From an uncultured Chitinophagaceae bacterium (GTDB lineage: Bacteria > Bacteroidota > Bacteroidia > Chitinophagales > Chitinophagaceae), in contig CBINHQ010000001.1 in NCBI GenBank assembly GCA_966250475.1, positions 1-25,419 on the forward strand: 25,419 nucleotides of DNA, in the 5' to 3' direction. Position 1 is the first letter of the stretch. The number at the start of each line of letters is the position of its first letter. Of this stretch, positions 1 through 7,783 are shown piece after piece. A program made the translations under genes and the position numbers. The notes under the pieces were generated by a model. It was not told where the DNA came from. It did no database searches and was given only the letters and a program-made list of their open reading frames with translations.

Positions 1-983
1 CCCTGCTGATTGAGGGACTTTATCTTCTTTACTCTTTCAATTGTCAGCGGGTATTGCTTGGTGCTGTCAGGCAGCGTGTACCACATCAGATTCTTGAAGA
101 TATCCTTCTTGATGAGGTATGCATTTCCCTTCGTCACCTGAATGGTATCGCAATTATCAGGAAAATGCTGCAATGCATCGAGGTAAGTATCGAGTTCGTA
201 GGTGAGGCAACACTTCAACCTTCCGCACTGACCACTTAGCTTGGTCTGATTGATGGAAAGATTCTGGTAGCGTGCTGCCGCCGTGTTCACCGACTTGAAA
301 TCAGTAAGCCATGTTGCGCAGCAGAGCTCCCTTCCGCAACTTCCGATTCCTCCAACCTTTCCTGCCTCCTGCCGCGCGCCGATCTGCCTCATCTCAACTT
401 TCACTTTAAACTCGGAAGCATAAACCTTGATGAGTTCCCGGAAGTCGACCCTTCCATCGGCGATATAGAAGAACGTAGCCTTTCGGCCATCAGCCTGCAT
501 CTCCACCTGGCTGATCTTCATATCTAGCTTGAGTTGTCTGGCGATAGCTCGGCTGCGAATGACAGCTTCCGGCTCACGTGCCTTGTTTTGTTTGCGAAGG
601 TCCAGATCGCGCTCGGTTGCAGGCCTGATCACTTTCTTCATTTCCGGGTTGTCTTCGCGCACGCCGCGTTTCTTCATCTGCAGTCGTACAATCTCACCTG
701 TGAGTGAAACTTCGCCCACATCGAAACCACTCACGCCTTCCACTGTAATCAGGTCCCCTTTCTCAAATTGCTGAAGAGTGACATTCCTGTAAAAATCTTT
801 TCTTGTTCCCTGGTTGAAGGTCACTTCGATCACCCTGCATGCGGTATCTGCGCCAGCTTCGGGCAAATTGCGCAGCCAATCGTAGGTATTCATGCGGTTG
901 CAGCTACCGGTGCCACAACCGCCATTACTCTGGCAGCCATTAGGCTTTCCTCCTTTAGCTGTACTGCAACTTGTACATCCCAT
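1..983 (-). CDS. ricT: PSP1-domain / RicT (YaaT)-like Fe-S regulatory protein, 3' end runs off the window
   Basis: Not in the ORF track because there is no stop in the window. Manual translation from ATG at 983 gives MGCTSCSTAKGGKPNGCQSNGGCGTGSCNRMNTYDWL..., open to position 1. It has the PSP1 hallmarks RVDFRELIK, EMRQIGARQEA, GGIGSCGRELCC and SGQCGRLKCC, and lies downstream of holB as yaaT does in Bacillus. Confidence 0.88.
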   Translation of the reverse strand, partial: MGCTSCSTAKGGKPNGCQSNGGCGTGSCNRMNTYDWLRNLPEAGADTACRVIEVTFNQGTRKDFYRNVTLQQFEKGDLITVEGVSGFDVGEVSLTGEIVRLQMKKRGVREDNPEMKKVIRPATERDLDLRKQNKAREPEAVIRSRAIARQLKLDMKISQVEMQADGRKATFFYIADGRVDFRELIKVYASEFKVKVEMRQIGARQEAGKVGGIGSCGRELCCATWLTDFKSVNTAAARYQNLSINQTKLSGQCGRLKCCLTYELDTYLDALQHFPDNCDTIQVTKGNAYLIKKDIFKNLMWYTLPDSTKQYPLTIERVKKIKSLNQQ

Positions 984-1245
984 TATTTTACTTTGTACAT
1001 GAGGTTAAAAATTGAGAGCCACTTCAAATGGCCCGAAAGGGAAGGAGAATAATTCAGGGATTTCCCGGAGCTTGCAGGGGAGGCAGCCGTTCTGGATTAC
1101 ACACAATGCAGTATAAATCGAAACTTTGTCCTGTTGCAGGATGCGCAATGTGTATATGTAAAACGGGATCTCATTATTTGCAATTCGGAAAATATTCAAA
1201 CTCACAATTTCCTTCCATCTGCCTGGCGTTCCGGAGAACACGAGG

Positions 1246-2445
1246 CTATTCTGTCAAAAATACAATTTTGTCCTGAATGATGTGATATAACTTAATGGTG
1301 AGCGCGAGGAACAAAATCTTCGGATTAGCATTCCTTTCTATGTAATAAACTGCCTTGTCAATCTCCTCCACCATGGCCTGTTGCTGCTCAAGCCCGGAAA
1401 CCTTGTTAAGCCTGATGGCAAAATCACGCTCTTTCTCGGGCATTTGATGATCTTCACCCCTCACCCGCAGCCTGATCGACTGCTCGAGCAGATGATTGCA
1501 ATACCTTAGAAACTGCTTCTGCTTCTCTCTTCCCAGCTTGCTCATTTCATCCACCCACTTAGTCTGGGCAATTGGCCCGAGCCTGAGAATGGTTCCCAAC
1601 CACTCCCTGAACATGGACTGCCAGTCCTCATCTGCATGCTGCAGGGCCTGCAACGCATCACGATAATTGCCATCGCTCACTCCTGCTACCTGCGCGGCCT
1701 GCGTTGGCTCGGTATTGTTTCTTGTTATCAGCGCCTGTTCGATTTCCGAAGTCTCAAGCGGCGGGACTTTTATTAATTGGCACCTGCTGAGAATGGTCGG
1801 CAGTATCATCGATTCGTTTTCCGCAAGGAGAAGAAACAAAGTGTTCTCCGGCGGCTCCTCTATCAGCTTGAGCAGTTTATTTCCTTCGTTGCCGAGATAT
1901 TCGGGCATCCAAAGTATCAGAATCTTGTATTCGCTCTCGAAACTCTTTAGACTTAGCTTACGCGAAATATCATTGCATTCATTCGCCGTGATATTGCCCT
2001 GCTTGTTTTCCGCCCCGATGAATTGCAACCAATCGTATACATTGCCGTAAGGATATGAAGTGACAAATTCTCTCCACTCAGTAATGTAATCGGTGCTGAG
2101 CGGAGGCGACCCGGCCTTCTTCGTCACCACGGGATAGCTGAAGTGAATATCGGGATGAATCAGTTGGTGCGATTTGGTACAGGCTGGACAAATTCCACAA
2201 CTATCGTGCATGGGTTCGCGCGCCACTTCGGGTTCGTCGCCGAACAACGATGGGCCTGCTGAGGCCTGGCTCTTTCCATTTACCTTCTCACAGACCATGA
2301 ACTGGGCAAAGGCCATTGCAAGCGGAAGCATTCCATTTCCTTCTTTTCCGAGGAAGAGAAGGGCATGGCTTAATCTGTTTTGATGAACTAACCGGACCAG
2401 GTTGTTCTTCACTTCATCCTGGCCGATGATATCGGTGAATTGCAT
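1246..2445 (-). CDS. holB: DNA polymerase III subunit delta'
   Basis: 399 aa. Starts MQFTDIIGQ, then HALLFLG with a degenerate Walker A, a Zn module (C...DSCGICPAC), HPDIHF, NKLLKLIEEPP and ILPTILSRCQ: clamp-loader AAA+ signature. Confidence 0.92.
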   Translation of the reverse strand: MQFTDIIGQDEVKNNLVRLVHQNRLSHALLFLGKEGNGMLPLAMAFAQFMVCEKVNGKSQASAGPSLFGDEPEVAREPMHDSCGICPACTKSHQLIHPDIHFSYPVVTKKAGSPPLSTDYITEWREFVTSYPYGNVYDWLQFIGAENKQGNITANECNDISRKLSLKSFESEYKILILWMPEYLGNEGNKLLKLIEEPPENTLFLLLAENESMILPTILSRCQLIKVPPLETSEIEQALITRNNTEPTQAAQVAGVSDGNYRDALQALQHADEDWQSMFREWLGTILRLGPIAQTKWVDEMSKLGREKQKQFLRYCNHLLEQSIRLRVRGEDHQMPEKERDFAIRLNKVSGLEQQQAMVEEIDKAVYYIERNANPKILFLALTIKLYHIIQDKIVFLTE

Positions 2446-2483
2446 TCTGTTGAATGTTGCGTTGAGCTGCCGAAACCGGCTGA

Positions 2484-3002
2484 CTAGTTCAGATACTTCA
2501 ATACATCCTCGCTCATTGGGTTGACCTTGTTGTGGATCACGGTGATCAACTCACCCTTTTCATTGACGAGGAACTTGGTGAAATTCCATTTAACGGGATC
2601 GGCGAATCCTTTCTTTGCCGCTTCTTCCGTGAGGTATTTATATAAAGGATGAATATCGTCGCCCTTCACAGAGATCTTCTCCGCCATGGGAAAGCTTACG
2701 CCATAATTCTTCTGGCAGAACTCTTTTATCTCTTCATTGGTACCTGGCTCCTGTGCGCCAAAATTATTTGCAGGAAATCCTACTATCACCAACGTGTTCT
2801 TGTATTTGTTGTAAAGCTTTTCAAGGTCGGCATACTGTTTTGTATTGCCGCAATGCGAAGCTGTATTAACGATCATGATCTTCTTGCCTTTGAACTGCGA
2901 AAAATCGATCACGTTTCCATCAAGCCCCGGCACCTTGAAATCGTAGATTGATGTTCCTGCCAGCGTAACTGAAAGCAGCAGGGATATTATTAGTGTTTTC
3001 AT
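2484..3002 (-). CDS. Glutathione peroxidase family protein (Cys type) with N-terminal signal peptide
   Basis: 172 aa. Motifs VNTASHCGNTKQY, GFPANNFGAQEPG, FCQKNYGVSFPM and KWNFTKFLV. Hydrophobic N-terminus MKTLIISLLLSVTLA. Confidence 0.93.
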   Translation of the reverse strand: MKTLIISLLLSVTLAGTSIYDFKVPGLDGNVIDFSQFKGKKIMIVNTASHCGNTKQYADLEKLYNKYKNTLVIVGFPANNFGAQEPGTNEEIKEFCQKNYGVSFPMAEKISVKGDDIHPLYKYLTEEAAKKGFADPVKWNFTKFLVNEKGELITVIHNKVNPMSEDVLKYLN

Positions 3003-3018
3003 GACTTTTTGGTTTTAC

Positions 3019-3026
3019 CAAAGGTA
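3019..3026 (-). promoter_or_regulatory. Bacteroidota housekeeping promoter -7 box (TACCTTTG) for the peroxidase gene
   Basis: Exact TAnnTTTG consensus on the minus strand, 16 nt before the ATG at 3002. Confidence 0.7.
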
Positions 3027-3080
3027 ATTAGTTAATTAGCTAATTGACTAATTAGTTAATCGACTAATTGGCTAATTGTG
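3025..3080. repeat. TAATTRRY octamer tandem array (7 units) containing a 30-bp near-perfect palindrome
   Basis: Units TAATTAGT TAATTAGC TAATTGAC TAATTAGT TAATCGAC TAATTGGC TAATTGTG. Positions 3025-3054 are self-complementary around AGCT with one T/G mismatch. Confidence 0.95.
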
Positions 3081-4466
3081 TTCGTAGCTTCCCAGATCCG
3101 GCAGATTAATTGGTCGTGGATTTCCATCCAAATCAATTCCTACTGTGGTAATCACGCCTTTATCTATAGCGGGAGAATTATCTTTCAGCCTGAAGTTGTA
3201 GAAATTCTTCGAGACATCTATACTGTCGAATAGAGGATTTTCATTATTGATCGGCGGGTTGCCCACGATGCTGACATTAGGCGGTTGAGTCTGAACTTTC
3301 CAAAGCACGTGCTCGAATACTACATTGAATGCGGCTGCATCATCCTTATCGGCCACTACTTCATTTTCTACAATGCCATTCTCTCCCCAGAAAATGCAAT
3401 TCCTGAAGCTTGCATTCAGTGGGAATGATGAGAGTCCATCGGTGTTGCTCACCTGCAGCACAGGATCGCGGTGCGGGATGAACTGGTTTGAGATGCTTGC
3501 GACTGTGCAATGCGTGAAGTTGTAATCGCCTCCCCTGAAGAGCACTATGTTTTTTCCGCAATTGCTAACCAGGCAGTTTCTCGCGTCGATACTTGAATTT
3601 GCTGCGATGATTCCGGCATCAAAAGAATTATCAATGATGCATTCATTAAGAACGAGCTTGGGGTTGGCGTTCACCGAAGGACCAATCACTCCGATCGATT
3701 GATAGGCATTCCTGATCACGGCATAGCTCATCACATTATCGTAGCTCGTCTCCGTAAAATAGATTCCCGGCCAGGCAGCAGGGAAGTCGCGGTAAGGCTC
3801 ATCGAGGCGATCGCCGCGGAAGTAAACCCTGTCGACTGAATCCTTTTCGCCATTCACTACCAATGATCCATCCACAACTATCGGCGCATCGGCATGCAGA
3901 TAGATTCTGCATCCCTTCTCAACAGTCAATCTCGCGTTTTCCGCAATTAGCAAGTAATCGAGGATCACATAAGGAAGATCATTTGTCCAAACCTCATCCA
4001 CCTCGATCTCTTCACCTCGCAGGAAGTGCGCGTTTTGTCCCCATGCTTCTAGTTGCACCAATCTCTTGTTGCCATTGTATGCAATCTGAATGCTGTCCCT
4101 GATGATGAACGGAAGATTATCAATTGTTGGGTCAATGTTCACCTTTACAAAAACATACACGCTGTCGTTGGCTTCGATGTCGACGTTGGTGACCTCCTGC
4201 GCTGCTGTTCCATCCACATTCATTGAATAGGATGAGGAGACTCCACCCATCAGCTTTACCGATGAGAGGCGAAGCTTCTTATCATTCTCATTTACGATCT
4301 TGAAACTTTGTGTAACTGATCCCGTCTGAGTGAAGACAGTATCATACTTTAGCGTATCCACCGTAACTCGCACAATGGCATCCGGACCCGTGATGAAGGA
4401 GTCCTTCCTGCATGAAAACAGGATAAGCAGTGAAAACAACGCGGGAAGAAGAATTGCAGCCCTCAT
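3072..4466 (-). CDS. Lipoprotein with right-handed parallel beta-helix repeats and a choice-of-anchor-Q-like C-terminus
   Basis: 464 aa. Lipobox LFSC. Repetitive IRNAY/IDNSF/VSNCG beta-helix-like segments. C-terminal FRLKDNSPAIDKG...DLDGNPRP..PDLGSYE resembles the SPAIDxG...DxGAYE motif. Confidence 0.7.
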   Translation of the reverse strand: MRAAILLPALFSLLILFSCRKDSFITGPDAIVRVTVDTLKYDTVFTQTGSVTQSFKIVNENDKKLRLSSVKLMGGVSSSYSMNVDGTAAQEVTNVDIEANDSVYVFVKVNIDPTIDNLPFIIRDSIQIAYNGNKRLVQLEAWGQNAHFLRGEEIEVDEVWTNDLPYVILDYLLIAENARLTVEKGCRIYLHADAPIVVDGSLVVNGEKDSVDRVYFRGDRLDEPYRDFPAAWPGIYFTETSYDNVMSYAVIRNAYQSIGVIGPSVNANPKLVLNECIIDNSFDAGIIAANSSIDARNCLVSNCGKNIVLFRGGDYNFTHCTVASISNQFIPHRDPVLQVSNTDGLSSFPLNASFRNCIFWGENGIVENEVVADKDDAAAFNVVFEHVLWKVQTQPPNVSIVGNPPINNENPLFDSIDVSKNFYNFRLKDNSPAIDKGVITTVGIDLDGNPRPINLPDLGSYEHN

Positions 4467-4516
4467 GAATACGCGAAAATAGCCTGAAAAATCCGTTTAT
4501 TGTTTTTATGATGATG

Positions 4517-5218
4517 CTAGTTTGCTGAAGCGTAACATAGCGTGGCGAGACTGAGCGATGTATCCTTCGCCGAAAGCAATTCACTTCCGCAAGCCTCCAG
4601 CGTTGCTCCCGTGGTCACCACATCATCAACCAGCATTACATGCCTGCCTTCGATCGCCTCAGAATTCTTCAGCATGAATTTTCCATCCATGTTCTTCCAT
4701 CTTTCAATCCTTCCCTTCCTCGTTTGCGTTTCGGTGTAATGCGGTCTTATCACCACATCATGCAAAACTGGAATTCGCAACACTTCCGACATTCCTTCGC
4801 ATAGCACGGCCGCCTGATTGAATCCTCTCTTACGTTCGCGTGAGGGAAACAATGGCAATGGCACAAGCACATCAGGCGCCACCCTTTCCGCGCGGGCAAT
4901 TCGCTCGCCCATCATTCTTCCTAACTGGAAACCGAGTTCTTTATTGCCATGATACTTGAACTCATGCATCAATCTCTGCAGCAACGATGCGCTGGTGAAA
5001 TAAAATGCGGCCGATGCATATTCGAGTTGTAATCTTCCCCAGTATTTCTTCTCTACGGGATTGGAGTGAAGGAATTCGAAATGGGTCTCAGGCATCTCTC
5101 CGATGCAGGAAAGGCAAAGCATGGAATCCTCGACATGCAACTCGTTACCACAACCGGGACAAACGTCAGGGAAGACCAACCCCAGCAACGCATCCCTGAT
5201 ATCTCTCGCACTTATCAT
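4517..5218 (-). CDS. comF: ComF family (phosphoribosyltransferase-like) protein
   Basis: 233 aa. N-terminal CPGC..CLSC Zn finger, RERKRGFNQA, and the PRPP-binding loop LVDDVVTTGATL. Its ATG overlaps the radA stop (ATGA). Confidence 0.9.
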   Translation of the reverse strand: MISARDIRDALLGLVFPDVCPGCGNELHVEDSMLCLSCIGEMPETHFEFLHSNPVEKKYWGRLQLEYASAAFYFTSASLLQRLMHEFKYHGNKELGFQLGRMMGERIARAERVAPDVLVPLPLFPSRERKRGFNQAAVLCEGMSEVLRIPVLHDVVIRPHYTETQTRKGRIERWKNMDGKFMLKNSEAIEGRHVMLVDDVVTTGATLEACGSELLSAKDTSLSLATLCYASAN

Positions 5219-6612
5219 GTGAAAAGGTATTGATAGACTTCCTCCACGCGACCTACCGTAACAATCGTTATTCCGGGATGCCTTTCGGAAATCCTGGTTT
5301 TTTGTCTTGACAATCCTTTCTGGTTATATTTTGACAGAATGATCTTCTCGAATCCAAGCTTCTCCGCTTCCGCTATTCGCTGCTCAATTCTGTTAACTGC
5401 CCTAATCTCTCCACTCAATCCCACTTCGCCGGCAAAACAAATGTGCTGAGGCAGCGGCACATCTTCATAAGAAGAAAGCAACGCACAAAGCACTGCCAGG
5501 TCGATCGATGGATCTTCCACCTTCAATCCTCCCGCAATATTCAGGAAAACATCCTTAACCCCAAACTGAAATCCTCCGCGCTTTTCCAACACAGCAAGCA
5601 GTAGTTGAAGCCTGCGAAGATCGAATCCCGTAACCGTTCGCTGAGGTGTTCCATAAACAGATTGCGTGACAAGCGCCTGAACCTCGATCAGTAATGGCCT
5701 GATACCTTCGATCGTCGCGGCAATCGCAATGCCACTCAATTGCTCTTCCTTTTGCGAAATGAGAAGCTCACTCGGATTTATCACTCCTTTCATTCCCGCA
5801 TCCGTCATCTCGTAAATGCCGAGTTCCGCCGTGCTGCCGAACCTGTTCTTCAACGTGCGCAGAATTCTGTATGCATAATGCCTGTCGCCCTCAAACTGGA
5901 GCACTGCATCAACCATGTGCTCCAGAATCTTGGGGCCTGCAATGCTTCCATCCTTCGTGATGTGACCAATGAGAAACACCGGCGTGTTCGTTTCCTTCGC
6001 GAATCGCTGAAACTCCGCTGCCGACTCGCGGATCTGAGACACGCTACCCGCAGATGATTCGATGAAAGGAGTATGAAGAGTTTGAATTGAATCGACAATC
6101 ACCAGGTCCGGCTTCAGTTTTTTTATTTCCTGGAAGATGGTTTGAGTTGATGTCTCAGTGAGGAGATAGAAATTTTCATTCTTCAATCCCAGCCTGTCCG
6201 CGCGCATCTTTATCTGTTGCTCACTCTCTTCTCCACTTATAAAAAGGACTACACTGTCCTTCATCCATAATCCATTCTGCAAAAAGAGTGTCGACTTACC
6301 AATTCCCGGTTCACCTGCAACAAGTACAATGCTGCCCGGAACAATTCCTCCACCAAGTACGCGGTTCAATTCGACATCACTTGTTACTAATCTTTCTTCA
6401 CCACCCGCCGCAACTTCTGCAAGCGATACCGTTCGATTCGATCGCGCTTGCTCATGATAATCTTTCCAGCCGTTGCCGTTTTTTGGATTTTCTTTTTGAA
6501 TGAGTTCTTCCACAAAGCTGTTCCACTTCCCGCAGGATGGACATTGTCCCACCCACTTCACACTTTCAAAACCACAGTTCTGACAGAAAAATGCTGTCTT
6601 GATCTTCGCCAT
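5215..6612 (-). CDS. radA: DNA repair protein RadA/Sms
   Basis: 465 aa. CQNC..CPSC Zn finger, Walker A GEPGIGKS, Walker B IVDSIQT, KNRFG motif and Lon-like C-terminal domain. Confidence 0.97.
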   Translation of the reverse strand: MAKIKTAFFCQNCGFESVKWVGQCPSCGKWNSFVEELIQKENPKNGNGWKDYHEQARSNRTVSLAEVAAGGEERLVTSDVELNRVLGGGIVPGSIVLVAGEPGIGKSTLFLQNGLWMKDSVVLFISGEESEQQIKMRADRLGLKNENFYLLTETSTQTIFQEIKKLKPDLVIVDSIQTLHTPFIESSAGSVSQIRESAAEFQRFAKETNTPVFLIGHITKDGSIAGPKILEHMVDAVLQFEGDRHYAYRILRTLKNRFGSTAELGIYEMTDAGMKGVINPSELLISQKEEQLSGIAIAATIEGIRPLLIEVQALVTQSVYGTPQRTVTGFDLRRLQLLLAVLEKRGGFQFGVKDVFLNIAGGLKVEDPSIDLAVLCALLSSYEDVPLPQHICFAGEVGLSGEIRAVNRIEQRIAEAEKLGFEKIILSKYNQKGLSRQKTRISERHPGITIVTVGRVEEVYQYLFT

Positions 6613-6701
6613 GCGTTAAAGATAAAGGTTCAACGGAGTTGAATAAAAAGAAGAAAATTTAGCGCTGAAAGGGGTCAGGAATTGCGGTTGAACTTTAACG
6701 T

Positions 6702-6728
6702 AAAAAGGGCCAATCTTGCGATTGACCC
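6702..6728 (-). terminator. Intrinsic terminator
   Basis: Minus strand GGGTCAATC-GCAA-GATTGGCCC-TTTTT: 9-bp stem with one G.U pair, GNRA tetraloop and a 5-U tail. Confidence 0.8.
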
Positions 6729-6757
6729 CCTTACTTACTAACCCATTAAATTCTATT
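6702..6757 (-). ncRNA. Candidate small RNA (~55 nt)
   Basis: Lies between a promoter-like TTTG-N18-TAACTTAG and the terminator above, with no ORF in between. Predicted sequence approx. AGAAUUUAAUGGGUUAGUAAGUAAGGGGGUCAAUCGCAAGAUUGGCCCUUUUU. Confidence 0.45.
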
Positions 6758-6758
6758 G

Positions 6759-6788
6759 CTAAGTTACAATTCTACTCAACATTTCAAA
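6759..6788 (-). promoter_or_regulatory. Promoter-like -33/-7 pair (TTTG-N18-TAACTTAG)
   Basis: One mismatch to TAnnTTTG, with a TTTG 18 nt upstream, in an AT-rich intergenic region. Confidence 0.5.
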
Positions 6789-7037
6789 ATAAATTTTTCT
6801 TGCTGTGAATAACTTTAAGAATGTTTCAACAGCACAAACCTTGGCTTTTCAAAAAAAATTAATACCTTGTATCTTATTAATCATCAACGTGTTATGGGCA
6901 ATGATTCGCAAATTCACGAATCAATGTAAATTCTAATCTAATACTAATCTTAATGACAAAACGACTGAAAAACAGGCCTTAATCCAAATGGATAAAGATT
7001 TGTTGTAAAGATTGATAAAACTAAAAAAAATCGAAAA

Positions 7038-7727
7038 ATGACACCAGGAATCTTGATCGTTTCAATAATTTTTTTAGGCATCAGCATGGTTGTTTCCATG
7101 ATCCTGAAGGGGAAGTTCAAAAAGTACAGTAAAGTGGCCCTTTCCCATGGTTTGACTGGCCGGGAAATCGCGGAAAAGATGTTGCGGGAAAACGGCATTT
7201 TTGACGTGAAAGTCACCTCCTCCCAGGGCTTTTTGTCAGACCACTACAACCCCGCCAACAAGACTGTGAACCTGAGCCCCGAGGTCTACGACGGGATCAG
7301 CGTTTCAGCCGCGGCAGTAGCCGCCCATGAATGTGGCCATGCCGTTCAGCATGCCACTGCCTACGGACCTCTTACGATGAGGAGCAAACTGGTACCGGCC
7401 GTTCAATTCAGTTCCATGCTGGTGAACTGGGTGCTGTTGGTCGGAGTGATCATGGCCGCTTCTGGTAACCCAACTGTTCTGCTCATCGGCATCATCCTGA
7501 TGGCCATTACCGTGCTGTTCACGCTCATCACCCTTCCCGTAGAATTCGACGCCAGCAAGCGCGCACTCGCATGGTTGCAAAATACCAATGTGACCAACAC
7601 CCAGGAATACCCCCTGGCTAAGGACGCGCTGAAATGGGCCGCAACCACATACGTTGTAGCTGCATTAGCCGCTGTGGTTACATTGATTCAATACATTATG
7701 CTCTATCTTGGAAGCAGGGATGAGTAA
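7038..7727 (+). CDS. Putative neutral zinc metallopeptidase (Zn_peptidase_2 / YugP-like), membrane bound
   Basis: 229 aa. LSDHYNP, AAVAAHECGHAVQH (HExxH), LPVEFDAS.RA and AATTYV, plus N-terminal and internal TM segments. Confidence 0.92.
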   Translation: MTPGILIVSIIFLGISMVVSMILKGKFKKYSKVALSHGLTGREIAEKMLRENGIFDVKVTSSQGFLSDHYNPANKTVNLSPEVYDGISVSAAAVAAHECGHAVQHATAYGPLTMRSKLVPAVQFSSMLVNWVLLVGVIMAASGNPTVLLIGIILMAITVLFTLITLPVEFDASKRALAWLQNTNVTNTQEYPLAKDALKWAATTYVVAALAAVVTLIQYIMLYLGSRDE

Positions 7728-7768
7728 TTAATTAACTAATTAGCTAATTAGTTAATTAGTTAATTGAA
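7725..7768. repeat. TAATTRRY octamer array with a perfect 30-bp palindrome
   Basis: 7729-7758 TAATTAACTAATTAGCTAATTAGTTAATTA equals its own reverse complement. The array begins at the peptidase TAA stop (7725-7727). Confidence 0.95.
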
Positions 7769-7783
7769 TAGCACTTTGGATAA

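Noticed and set aside
1005-1276. 78-aa and 82-aa ORFs in the holB-ricT spacer
   Set aside because: They overlap each other on opposite strands, use alternative starts, and show no recognisable motif or biased composition; likely spurious.
2446-2470. GTTGAAT-GTTGC-GTTGAGC upstream of holB as a heptamer-array member
   Set aside because: Only three irregular units with no palindrome; too weak to call.
2830-2860. Selenocysteine recoding in the peroxidase
   Set aside because: The active-site codon is TGC (Cys) and the ORF has no in-frame TGA.
6901-6990. Tiny plus-strand ORFs (MIRKFTNQCKF, MTKRLKNRP) as leader peptides
   Set aside because: No amino-acid enrichment or attenuator structure linking them to the downstream peptidase.
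6950-7216. 88-aa minus-strand ORF and other 60-190 aa shadow ORFs across the window
   Set aside because: They are antisense or out-of-frame shadows of well-supported genes with no family motifs.
3025-7768. TAATT arrays as CRISPR repeats
   Set aside because: Units are 8 bp, directly tandem, have no unique spacers, and there are no cas genes.
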